Made by a program: the position numbers and the translations under genes. A model generated the notes under the pieces. The model made no database searches, was not told where the DNA came from, and saw only the letters and a program-made list of their open reading frames with translations. Shown piece after piece: positions 41,466-50,232 of a DNA stretch of 64,000 nt (positions are counted from its first letter, which is position 1; the number at the start of each line of letters is the position of its first letter). Source of the DNA: an uncultured Burkholderiales bacterium (lineage in GTDB: Bacteria; Pseudomonadota; Gammaproteobacteria; Burkholderiales; Burkholderiaceae_C); the NCBI GenBank assembly GCA_903820745.1, contig CAIJIT010000315.1, forward strand, positions 976 to 64,975. The letters run 5' to 3'.

Positions 41466-42009
41466 TCGGCGCAATCCTGTCGCGCTGATCGCTTCTCCGA
41501 TCCCTGAGCGCTGCCAGCGCGGTAGCGCAGATCTGCCCGGCGGGCAGGCTGATGTCAATGACGACGGCGGCCTCGTCGGCGCCAGTGGACTCCAGCGTGG
41601 CGAGTTGACTGTCCAGCAGCGAGGCCGGCATGTAATGGCCACTGCGTGCCTGCAACCGCTGGCGCAGCAGCTCCGGCGTACCTTGCAGATGGACGAATTG
41701 CAGGCCCGGGCAGGACTCGCGCAACTGGTCGCGGTAGCTGCGCTTGAGCGCCGAGCAGGACAACACCAAGCCCAGATCAGCCGCTGCAGCCTGGCCGAGC
41801 TGGCCGGCAATCTCGGCCAACCAGCCAGCCCGATCGGCGTCGGTCAGCGGCGTGCCAGCGGCCATCAAGGCAATGTTCTGCGGCGGGTGCAACCTATCGC
41901 CTTCGACAAAATCCGCGCCCAGCGCCTGTGCCAGCAAGGCGCCGACCGTGCTCTTGCCGCAGCCGCTAACGCCCATCACCACGATCCGCAAGGCAAGCGG
42001 GCGATCCAT
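41455..42009 (-). CDS. gntK: Gluconokinase (GntK/IdnK type)
   Basis: VMGVSGCGKS, EGDRLHP, CSALKRSYRD, HYMPASLLDSQ. Confidence 0.88.
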   Translation of the reverse strand: MDRPLALRIVVMGVSGCGKSTVGALLAQALGADFVEGDRLHPPQNIALMAAGTPLTDADRAGWLAEIAGQLGQAAAADLGLVLSCSALKRSYRDQLRESCPGLQFVHLQGTPELLRQRLQARSGHYMPASLLDSQLATLESTGADEAAVVIDISLPAGQICATALAALRDRRSDQRDRIAPITP

Positions 42010-42110
42010 TGCGCTGTTGTAAGTCATCGACTGTCCTTCCTCGTCAGCTTGGGATAATCATCGCAGCCTAATATGCCGGCGATGTGCCGCTGCCAAGACT
42101 TGATCCTAGG

Positions 42111-42818
42111 ATGATGAAACTGCTGCTGAATGACTTGCCACGATTGTTGCTGCTTTGCCTGGGCTTGCTGGGCCAAGCGGCCCCGGCAGCACCGAAATTC
42201 GAAGACAACATCGCCCAGCGCGCGCTGGCCTGTACCGCTTGTCATGGCGAACAGGGCCGGGCTGCAGCTGACGGTTATTACCCCAGGCTGGCCGGCAAGC
42301 CGCAGGGCTATCTGTACCGGCAGTTGCTGAACTTCCGCGATGGTCGGCGTCATTATGGCTTGATGAGTGACCTGATCGATCCGCTCAGCGACGCTTACCT
42401 GAACGAGTTGGCCGGCTACTTTGCCGGGCTGCATCTGCCCTATCCGGCGCCACAGCTGTCGACCATGCCCAAGCCGGAACTCGAACGCGGCAGGCAGCTG
42501 GTCTTCAATGGCGATCCCGCGCGCAAGCTGCCGGCCTGCGTGTCCTGCCATGGCGAGAAGCTGACAGGCGCCCAGCCCTTCATCCCCGGACTGCTGAGCT
42601 TGCCACGCGACTATCTGAACGGCCAGCTCGGCGCCTGGCGCAGTGGCCAGCGCCGCGCCGCCGCGCCAGACTGCATGGCGCAGATCGCCAGGCAGTTGAC
42701 CGAGGGCGAGATCAACTCGATTTCGCAATGGCTGGCGGCGCAAGCGATGCCGGCAGACACCAGGCCTGCGGCTGATCTTCCCGCCGCGCCGCCGGTCCGC
42801 TGCGGCAGTCTGCAATGA
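42111..42818 (+). CDS. Diheme cytochrome c4-like protein
   Basis: Signal peptide, CTACH and CVSCH, YPRLAG. Confidence 0.88.
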   Translation: MMKLLLNDLPRLLLLCLGLLGQAAPAAPKFEDNIAQRALACTACHGEQGRAAADGYYPRLAGKPQGYLYRQLLNFRDGRRHYGLMSDLIDPLSDAYLNELAGYFAGLHLPYPAPQLSTMPKPELERGRQLVFNGDPARKLPACVSCHGEKLTGAQPFIPGLLSLPRDYLNGQLGAWRSGQRRAAAPDCMAQIARQLTEGEINSISQWLAAQAMPADTRPAADLPAAPPVRCGSLQ

Positions 42819-44083
42819 AGCGGGTCGGTCTTGCCCTGCTGCTGATGGCCCTGCTGATGCTGGCGGCGGTTTACCGGCTCAACCACCTCGACGAGGCGCC
42901 CCCCAGGATCAGCCTGGCAACTGACCCGGTGGCTGAAGTCCAGCGCGGCGCCTATCTGGCCAAGGCCGGCAACTGCGGCGGCTGCCATAGCAAGCGTGGT
43001 GGCGATCCTTTTGCCGGCGGGCGGGCGATACCGACACCGTTCGGCAGCGTCTTTTCGAGCAACCTGACACCCGACCCGGTGACCGGCATCGGCGCTTGGT
43101 CAAAGGACGATTTCTGGGCCGCGCTGCACAACGGCCGCAGCCGCGACGGCCGCCTGTTGACCCCGGCCTTCCCCTTTACCAACTACGCTTTGATGACCCG
43201 CGCCGATGCCGATGCGATCTACGCCTATCTGCGCAGCCTGCCCGCTGCGACCCAGCCGAATCGCCCGCATCAACTGCGTTTCCCCTACGACACCCAGGCC
43301 GCAATGCTGCTTTGGCGCGCGCTTTACTTCCGCCCGGCCGTCTATGTCGACGATCCGCAGCAGAGCCCGGCATGGAACCGCGGCGCCTATCTGACCCAGG
43401 GTCTCGGACATTGCAGCGCCTGCCATGCCGCACGCAACAGCCTCGGTGCCACGCAGGGCCATGGCGATTTTTCTGGCGCCATGCTCGATGCACTGGGCTG
43501 GTATGCGCCGTCGCTGCATGACAAGGCTGAAGCCAGCGTTGCGGCCTGGCCCAAACAAGCAATCAAGGACTGGCTGCACAACGGCAGCAACGATCAGGCC
43601 AGCGCCCTGGGGCCGATGTCCGAGGTGATTCTGGGCAGCACCAGCCATCTGGCCGATGCGGATCTCGACGCGATGGCGGTCTATTTGCAGAGCCTGCCAC
43701 AGCATTCGGTAGCGCCCGAAGTCCCAATGCGCCGGCCTGAGTTGAAGCTGCGCGAGCAAGGCAAACAGCTCTTCGCCGACCATTGCGCCGCCTGTCATGG
43801 CGAAAACGGCGAAGGTATCAAGGGTGCTTACCCGGCGCTGGCCGGCAACCGCTTGGTGACGATGAACTCGCCGGCCAATTTGCTGCGCATCGTCCAGCGC
43901 GGCGGCTTCGCTCCGGCCACTGAAGGCGTGCCGCGGCCGTTCGGCATGCCGCCTTTTGCCGGCCTGCTTGACGACCCGCAGATGGCAGCGCTGGCCAGTT
44001 ATCTGCGCAACGCCTGGGGCAACCAGGCCAGCGATGTGCGCCCGCTCGATGTCCTGCATTTGAAAGCGCAAAGGATCGACTGA
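42815..44083 (+). CDS. Triheme cytochrome c (gluconate/alcohol dehydrogenase cytochrome-subunit-like)
   Basis: CGGCH, CSACH, CAACH, NLTPDPVTGIG, PAFPFTNY. Confidence 0.88.
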   Translation: MKRVGLALLLMALLMLAAVYRLNHLDEAPPRISLATDPVAEVQRGAYLAKAGNCGGCHSKRGGDPFAGGRAIPTPFGSVFSSNLTPDPVTGIGAWSKDDFWAALHNGRSRDGRLLTPAFPFTNYALMTRADADAIYAYLRSLPAATQPNRPHQLRFPYDTQAAMLLWRALYFRPAVYVDDPQQSPAWNRGAYLTQGLGHCSACHAARNSLGATQGHGDFSGAMLDALGWYAPSLHDKAEASVAAWPKQAIKDWLHNGSNDQASALGPMSEVILGSTSHLADADLDAMAVYLQSLPQHSVAPEVPMRRPELKLREQGKQLFADHCAACHGENGEGIKGAYPALAGNRLVTMNSPANLLRIVQRGGFAPATEGVPRPFGMPPFAGLLDDPQMAALASYLRNAWGNQASDVRPLDVLHLKAQRID

Positions 44084-44121
44084 CAAGACTGGGACAATCG
44101 CCGGCAAACACGAAAGAGAAA

Positions 44122-45063
44122 ATGGCCATCCATTGGTTTCCCGGGCATATGAATTCGACCCGGAACGCAATCAACGAACGCATGAAAGCCGGGCTCGATG
44201 TGGTGATCGAGTTGCTCGACGCCCGGCTGCCCGGCTCGAGCGCCAATCCGCTGCTGGCCAAGCTGACCGAAGGCAAGCCGACGCTGAAGCTGCTCAACAA
44301 GCAGGACCTGGCCGACCCCGAACGCACCGAGATGTGGCTGGCGCATTACAACGCAAGGCCCGCCACAAGGGCGATCGGCCTCGACGCCAGCATCAAGGCG
44401 CCCGCCAAGGCCTTGATTGCCGCCTGCCGCGAACTCGCACCGCTGCGCGGCGGCATGGCCAAGCCGGTGCGGGTGCTGATCTGCGGCATCCCCAATGTCG
44501 GCAAGTCGACCTTGATCAACACCATTGCAGCCCGCCGCGCCGCCAAGACCGGTGACGAGCCCGGCATCACCAAGCTCGAGCAGAAGATCGTGCTCGAAAA
44601 CGATTTCTACCTCTACGACACGCCCGGCATGCTCTGGCCGCGCATCTCGGTCGAGCAAAGCGGCTACAACCTGGCCGCCAGCGGCGCGATCGGCCGCAAT
44701 GCTTTCGACGAGGAAGAAGTGGCGCTGGAGTTGCTGAGCTATCTGCGCCAGCATTACGCCGGCCAGGTCGAAGAACGCTACAAGCTCGGTGGCGCCGAAG
44801 TCGTCAGCGGCATCAGCAAGCTCAGCGATGAAGAGTTGCTGGCAGCGATCGGGCGCAAGCGCGGCGCGATGCTCAGCGGCGGACGCGTCAATATGCAAAA
44901 AGCCGCTGAAGTGCTGGTGTACGAATACCGCACCGCCACCCTGGGCCGCATCACGCTCGAAACACCTGAAGAATTTGCCGCCTGGCAAGCCGCAGCCGAG
45001 ATCGCCGAGACGCTGCGCAAGGAAAAAAAGAAGAAAAAAGGCGCTGCGACGGACCGTGAATAG
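44122..45063 (+). CDS. rbgA: Ribosome biogenesis GTPase RbgA/YlqF
   Basis: IHWFPGHM, LNKQDL, GIPNVGKS, DTPGMLWP. Confidence 0.93.
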   Translation: MAIHWFPGHMNSTRNAINERMKAGLDVVIELLDARLPGSSANPLLAKLTEGKPTLKLLNKQDLADPERTEMWLAHYNARPATRAIGLDASIKAPAKALIAACRELAPLRGGMAKPVRVLICGIPNVGKSTLINTIAARRAAKTGDEPGITKLEQKIVLENDFYLYDTPGMLWPRISVEQSGYNLAASGAIGRNAFDEEEVALELLSYLRQHYAGQVEERYKLGGAEVVSGISKLSDEELLAAIGRKRGAMLSGGRVNMQKAAEVLVYEYRTATLGRITLETPEEFAAWQAAAEIAETLRKEKKKKKGAATDRE

Positions 45064-45132
45064 CTTGATGAGGTGCGGCGAGCCAGCGCCCTACGCTTTC
45101 CTGTCGGCCCACGATCGATATTGAGCGCCTCG

Positions 45133-45465
45133 TCAGACGATCAGTGATTCGATCCCCTTCATCTCCACCATTTGAAGGAGCTTTGCGGCCGCGCCGCTTG
45201 GATGCTTGTTCGCTGTTGGGGATTCCCATTTCTGAACCGTCGACAGGCTGACATTGAGCCACGCAGCGAAAACCGATTGACTCATTTTGGCAATCACCGT
45301 TCGGATCTTCACAACCCTCTCAGGCGCATAGACCGGCGGAACCGCTCCAAGCAGTTTTGTTCGAGCCAGGTCGGATTTTGAGATCAACCCATAGGCACTC
45401 AAGTCAGCAATGGTTTCAAGCAATTCTTTGACCATTCGATCGTTTTCAACCGACTTTGGGTTCAT
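45133..45465 (-). CDS. XRE-family HTH antitoxin
   Basis: GGAG RBS, MSQSVFAAWLNVSLSTVQKWE...PSGAAAKLL, overlaps the restored toxin 3' end. Confidence 0.85.
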   Translation of the reverse strand: MNPKSVENDRMVKELLETIADLSAYGLISKSDLARTKLLGAVPPVYAPERVVKIRTVIAKMSQSVFAAWLNVSLSTVQKWESPTANKHPSGAAAKLLQMVEMKGIESLIV

Positions 45466-45846
45466 TGCAAATCTCCAGTAAATTTCCGTCACCAATAAGT
45501 TGAGTCAGTTTTTTCGCATCAATTGCCTGCAAGCCGCGAGCGACTGTTTTGGCGAGATCCACGACCTCTTCAGAAAAGTCAGCGCCGGGTGTGTTCTTTT
45601 CTCGACCAGCCAGAAAAAGATCGCCATCGGGTGTCGTATGGCAACAAGGGTGCGGGTCGAACCGCTCTTGCCCCGGCCGCCGATCGCTACTCTTTTTTTG
45701 CAGACACCTCCGCCCAAATCTGCCTCATACAAGCCTTGCTGAATTTCCCAAGCTGCCAAGCAAAGCGCTTGGTCTTTCAGCACCTTCTTCGACCACCGGG
45801 CAAAAGACTTTGTCTTGAAAACTCTTTTTGGCAGCGACTCACCCAT
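45446..45846 (-). pseudogene. RelE/ParE-family toxin, frameshifted by one missing T in a T-run near 45613-45617
   Basis: RVFKTKSFARW...ADLGGGVCKKRVA...GKSGSTR. Adding one T restores IFFLAGREKNTPGADF...GNLLEICNE. Confidence 0.8.
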
Positions 45847-45853
45847 GGAATAA

Positions 45854-45874
45854 CTATAGCATTTTGTGCTATAG
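45854..45874. promoter_or_regulatory. Palindromic operator over the TA promoter
   Basis: CTATAGCA-N5-TGCTATAG. Overlaps -10 TATAGT, which lies 6 nt upstream of the toxin ATG. Confidence 0.7.
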
Positions 45875-45907
45875 ATTGGTGGGGGTCATCTGTTTCCAGT
45901 CAGTCCG

Positions 45908-45973
45908 CATGCGAGCCGCCTTGGCGGCGTGGCAATCCATGTTGCCGCGTCGGCATGCCTCCTCGCAATGACG
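45908..45973. repeat. Collapsed REP-like element (GTCATTGCGAG...GCAATCCATG...CTCGCAATGAC family)
   Basis: GCGAGCCGCCTTGGCGGCGTGGCAATCCATGTTGCCGCGTCGGCATGCCTCCTCGCAATGACG, with nested hairpins. Family likeness is from recall. Confidence 0.5.
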
Positions 45974-45999
45974 AATTCGACAGCATGGACCGCCACGGC

Positions 46000-47280
46000 C
46001 TACGGCCTCGCGCTGACAGGTGGGTTGGTGGCCCGATAGTCGGCATGCGCGGAGAAAGCCGCTGCCGTCAATTCGACATCCGCTCGGGCTATCCCGGCCT
46101 GCCTCGCGGCATCGGCCCAGCCGTCAACCGCGGTTGCGACTGCGTCAACGACTTGCCTGGCTTGGGCCGGCGATAGCCCATAGAACTCCGCGGTCGACAA
46201 AACCGTCTCCAGGTTCGGGCGGTTGTCTGCATCGTCGATGTTCAACACGTGTTCCGCCTTGTCAATGTTCGGATTGACGTCGAACGCGGGTGAGAGCCGC
46301 CATCCGTTCGACCCCAGCACGAACCCGTGGTTGCGCAAATGGTCGTCCCTGTTTCCGACGGCCACGTTGAAAGCCACACGGCGAAACAACTGCTTCAGAT
46401 CTTCATCCGTCTGCGCACCATCGCCCTTGGAACGCAGCCAATGCGCCAGCTCGAGGTAGCTGCTGCCTTCGCTCTGCTCCTTGCGCAGCAGGGTCAGCGC
46501 CGACGCATAGAACCTGCGCACCCCCTTGTCACGGTCAAAACGCTGAACGCAGAAGGTGCGGAACTCGTTGTTCAGCCGGAGCAACTTCGCGGCCGGAACG
46601 TCGATGCCCGCCTGGATCGCCAAACCGTGCAGCACATATTCCCAGGCTCCCACGTCCCGGTCATCGTCACGCGCCGGAAACTTGCCAATCCAGAGGGAGC
46701 CGTCGACCTCGGTAAAGTTCGCCTTGGGACGTGCTCCCCCGAGTGATGCACCTGGCGCGACCAAAACGGCCAGCCACTTCCGCAGTGCATCCAGGTCGTC
46801 GATGCGGCGACTGCTGAGCTGATAGGCGACCGCCTCCAGCTCCAACAAGGTGGTGACCGGCGGCGCGGCCATCGGCTCATTACCCAGGAACTCCTTGGTT
46901 CCGGCAAGGCGCAAGCGCAGTGCGCCCTGGCGCGTGAAGTCCTGCACCCCGACGAGAAAATCCCACGCATACAAGGTACGCGGCGTGCGTCGCTCGTCTT
47001 TCGCGTGCAGTGCTTCACGGCGTTTCATCAGCGTTTGCCCCCATCGGTCTGGCGATGAGTCCAGGAACACGCCGAAGTTGCCCAGTTCCGGTTTCGGGAA
47101 AAAGGGCTGTTCGTCCAGCGACAGGTCGGGGTCGAGTGCGAACGCGCGCGCGTCTTTCAGCCAGGCGCCGTCATAGCGAAAGCGTACTTGCCCGCGGTCG
47201 TGCGCAAGCGTGCCCACAAGGCACGCCGGCCCCAGGTCGCAATCCAGCCAGATCTCAAGCACCTTGCCTTGGCCGCTCAT
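46000..47280 (-). CDS. hipA: HipA-family toxin kinase (intact)
   Basis: SLGGARPKA, IGKFP, VQRFDR, NRDDHLRNHGF, LSPAFDVNP. Confidence 0.9.
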   Translation of the reverse strand: MSGQGKVLEIWLDCDLGPACLVGTLAHDRGQVRFRYDGAWLKDARAFALDPDLSLDEQPFFPKPELGNFGVFLDSSPDRWGQTLMKRREALHAKDERRTPRTLYAWDFLVGVQDFTRQGALRLRLAGTKEFLGNEPMAAPPVTTLLELEAVAYQLSSRRIDDLDALRKWLAVLVAPGASLGGARPKANFTEVDGSLWIGKFPARDDDRDVGAWEYVLHGLAIQAGIDVPAAKLLRLNNEFRTFCVQRFDRDKGVRRFYASALTLLRKEQSEGSSYLELAHWLRSKGDGAQTDEDLKQLFRRVAFNVAVGNRDDHLRNHGFVLGSNGWRLSPAFDVNPNIDKAEHVLNIDDADNRPNLETVLSTAEFYGLSPAQARQVVDAVATAVDGWADAARQAGIARADVELTAAAFSAHADYRATNPPVSARP

Positions 47281-47657
47281 GACGCTTCTCCCGCTCCCAC
47301 CGCTGTCGCCGGCGAAGGCTCGGAACCGGTCTTGCCGGAGGTGCGCCGCCGGCTCGGCAGCGACGGTGCGCGCTCCAACGCCAGGTCCTGCAGCTTGCGT
47401 CCGACCCTGTCGTCTGCCGCCAGCGCGTTGATATCGCCCTCTAGACCCAGCACAGCCAGCACGCGCAGGTAGGTGCCCAAGGTTGCGCCGGAGTGGCCGG
47501 TCTCCACTTTGTACAAGGATGTGCGGGAGATGCCGGAGCGCTGCGCCACCACCACCGCGCTGAGTTTGCGGCGCAACCGGGCGAGCTTGAGACGCTCCCC
47601 GAGTTGGGAAAGCAGTCGTTGTTCCTGAGGAAAGACGATGGGTGGATTGCGAGGCAT
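47277..47657 (-). CDS. HipB-like XRE HTH antitoxin
   Basis: LGERLKLARLRRKLS...AQRSGISRTSLYKVETG, ATGA overlap with hipA. Confidence 0.85.
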   Translation of the reverse strand: MPRNPPIVFPQEQRLLSQLGERLKLARLRRKLSAVVVAQRSGISRTSLYKVETGHSGATLGTYLRVLAVLGLEGDINALAADDRVGRKLQDLALERAPSLPSRRRTSGKTGSEPSPATAVGAGEAS

Positions 47658-47660
47658 TAC

Positions 47661-47700
47661 GCTATTATGGACAAATAAACGTTACTTTGTCCATAATGGC
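47661..47700. promoter_or_regulatory. Long palindromic operator and promoter of hipBA
   Basis: ATTATGGACAAA-N10-TTTGTCCATAAT, a perfect 12-bp inverted repeat (15 bp with one mismatch). Confidence 0.8.
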
Positions 47701-47751
47701 GAACAGTTTGACGCGTGGAGTCACCATGAATCGACATCTGCCGGGTCACCA

Positions 47752-47850
47752 GGCTACTCGTTGCACGCATTTATCAAGAAGACGCAGCAAACCCCTGATA
47801 GCGAGTTGAAGCTCGCTCCCAAACGCCTTAAGGAGGTGCAGCATGGCTGA
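47752..47850 (+). pseudogene. C-terminal remnant of a HigB/RelE (Gp49-like) toxin
   Basis: ...YSLHAFIKKTQQTPDSELKLAPKRLKEVQHG*, with the N-terminal two thirds absent. Confidence 0.7.
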
Positions 47851-48144
47851 CCTGAAGTACAAACCTGTTCCCCATGACCATGCAGAGTTCCTTGCGTCCG
47901 CCCGCAAGCGCCAGGGATTCGCCGAGGAGTACGACAGTCTTCAGCGGGGCAAATGCTCAAGGCTCGCGCGAAGGCGGGCATGACTCAAGACGCCGTGGCC
48001 GAACGCATGGGTACAACAAAAAGCGCAATCTCCCGTCTTGAGGCGGCGGGCCGCCACACGCCGTCATTGGCTACCCTGAAGAAGTACGCGGCGGCTGTGG
48101 GCTGCGAGCTTCAGGTCAAGCTAATTCCTCACAAGGCTTCATGA
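47843..48144 (+). pseudogene. HigA-like HTH antitoxin with frameshifting deletion near 47945
   Basis: AGGAGG RBS. MADLKYKPVPHDHAEFL...EEYDSL in one frame, MLKARAKAGMTQDAVAERMGTTKSAISRLE in another. Confidence 0.75.
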
Positions 48145-48430
48145 CGCTGAACCCTGCGCGTGAGGCTGTGCAACCCGCATGCGCTGGCCTTCCGCTGGTC
48201 AGCAAAATGCCCCGAAACGCGGTTACGCAGTTTTTTCCTTGATGCCCGAGCCTGACTCATGACACAGAAAGCCATCTGGCGAATAGAAGGCGCGCCCGAC
48301 TGTGTTGGGGCTGGGCGCTGCGAGGCTGAGCCTCAGCATCGTCGAGCAAGCTGGAAACTGGAGACAGCGCGGATGGCCTAGTTTGAGCCCAGCGGAAGTT
48401 CAAACTTCGACACGACGGCTCAACCAAGGC

Positions 48431-48679
48431 TTACTTGATTTCGGGTGGGTTGGTACGAATCGAATCTGCTGCATCCCTTGCCTGTTCGGCCATCCGCTTC
48501 ATGTCTTCAGTGTTCCGACACCGAAGGGCCATGAATCTGCTGGCTGTTGGCGTTTCGTACTGGCAGGTCGTCTCGGCCTGAGGTTCTCCTGGCGACCGAT
48601 GTCGGCCTGGCATTGGAGGCTCGTAGCTTGCGCACCCGGCGAGCAGCAGAACGGCTAAGAATGTCGTTGATGATTTCAT
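48431..48679 (-). CDS. Small lipoprotein (82 aa) with a Cys pair
   Basis: MKSSTTFLAVLLLAGC lipobox, CQYETPTASRFMALRC. Confidence 0.7.
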   Translation of the reverse strand: MKSSTTFLAVLLLAGCASYEPPMPGRHRSPGEPQAETTCQYETPTASRFMALRCRNTEDMKRMAEQARDAADSIRTNPPEIK

Positions 48680-48934
48680 TTGGACTCGCCTTGATTTTGC
48701 TGGCTGGCACTCTTCGGTCCTCAGCTTGGCTGATGGACAGCGGATCGATTGGCGCGCGTGATGCTGCTGTGAAACGGCCCGATCAGTATCGCTGACAGGG
48801 TCAGGGCTGGCGGAGCTTGATCCAGCCACCCATCGGCCTGAAGAAACCTTCATTCAAACCCCGAGCCGTTCGATCTGCCCGCAACGCGGGCCACAACCGC
48901 GCCCAAAGCCAAGCAAAGATGGACAATGCCGCCG

Positions 48935-50224
48935 ATGAATTCATTCGACAAGAATCCCGCCGCCGCGCAGGCCTTGTTGCGCCGCATGTTCGACGCAGCG
49001 ATCGCCAGCGCGCAGCCAGCGCTGTGCATCCCGCCGCATCTGCCTGACCCGCAGTCGATCGGCAACGGCCGCTTGATCGTCATCGGCGCCGGCAAGGCTT
49101 CAGCGGCGATGGCGCGGGCGGTCGAAGACAACTGGCCGGGCGAGTTGTCGGGGCTGGTCGTCACCCGCTATGGTTATGCCGTGGCTTGCGATCGCATCGA
49201 AATCATCGAAGCCTCCCATCCAGTGCCCGACGCGGCCAGCCTGAACGCCGCCCAGCGCATGCTGGCGCTGGTCGAAGGTTTGAGCGCTGACGATCGCGTG
49301 CTCTGCCTGATTTCGGGCGGCGGCAGTTCCTTGCTGTCCTTGCCGCTCGAGGGTCTGACCCTTGAGTACAAGCAGCAAGTCAACCGTGAGTTGCTGAAGT
49401 CAGGCGCCAGCATCAGCGAGATGAATACGGTGCGCCGCCATCTCTCGGGCATCAAGGGCGGGCGGCTGGCCGCCGCCTGCCACCCGGCCAAATTGCTGAC
49501 GCTGTTGATCTCCGATGTCCCGGGCGATGACCCGATCAATATCGCCTCGGGGCCAACGGTGGCTGATCCGACCAGTTGCGCCGATGCCATGGACATCATG
49601 CGCCGCTATGCGATCGAGTTGCCCGCGCCGGTCCGCGCCTTGCTCGAAAGCGGTGACGGCGAATCGGTCAAACCGGGTGATGCGAGGCTGGCCGGCAGCA
49701 GTTGCAGCATCATCGCGACGCCGCAGATGGCACTTGAAGCGGCTGCGGCAATAGCTCGCGCGGCCGGCATCGAAGCCCATATCCTTGGCGATGCGCTGGA
49801 AGGCGAAGCGCGCGATGTCGGCCGCGTCCTGGCAGGCATCGCGCTGCAGGTCGCCGGGCGCGGCCAACCGTTCAGCCCGCCCTGTGTGCTGCTGTCGGGT
49901 GGCGAAACCACGGTCACCGTGCGCGGCACCGGGCGCGGCGGGCGCAATGTCGAATGCCTGCTGGCGATGGGCATCGCGCTGGCTGGCCAGCCGGGCATCC
50001 ACGCGCTGGCCGGTGATACCGACGGCGTCGATGGGCAGGAGGAGATCGCTGGCGCGCTGTTGGCGCCTGACTCACTGGCGCGCGCCAGGGCGATCGGTTT
50101 GAGCCCGCTCGACATGCTCGCCAACAACGATGGCCATGGTTTTTTCGGCGCCCTCGGAGACGCCGTCATCACCGGCCCGACGCTCACCAATGTGAACGAC
50201 TTCCGCGCGATCCTGATCGCGTAA
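48935..50224 (+). CDS. Type-2 glycerate kinase (TtuD/MOFRL family)
   Basis: GAGKASAAMA, EASHPVPD, SGGGSSL, SGGETTV, DTDGVDG, TGPTLTNVND. Confidence 0.9.
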   Translation: MNSFDKNPAAAQALLRRMFDAAIASAQPALCIPPHLPDPQSIGNGRLIVIGAGKASAAMARAVEDNWPGELSGLVVTRYGYAVACDRIEIIEASHPVPDAASLNAAQRMLALVEGLSADDRVLCLISGGGSSLLSLPLEGLTLEYKQQVNRELLKSGASISEMNTVRRHLSGIKGGRLAAACHPAKLLTLLISDVPGDDPINIASGPTVADPTSCADAMDIMRRYAIELPAPVRALLESGDGESVKPGDARLAGSSCSIIATPQMALEAAAAIARAAGIEAHILGDALEGEARDVGRVLAGIALQVAGRGQPFSPPCVLLSGGETTVTVRGTGRGGRNVECLLAMGIALAGQPGIHALAGDTDGVDGQEEIAGALLAPDSLARARAIGLSPLDMLANNDGHGFFGALGDAVITGPTLTNVNDFRAILIA

Positions 50225-50232
50225 AAGCCAGC

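Noticed and set aside
48145-48430. Integron attC sites around the TA and lipoprotein genes
   Set aside because: No RYYYAAC...GTTRRRY pair with attC symmetry and no integron integrase. Only a simple hairpin at about 48380-48406.
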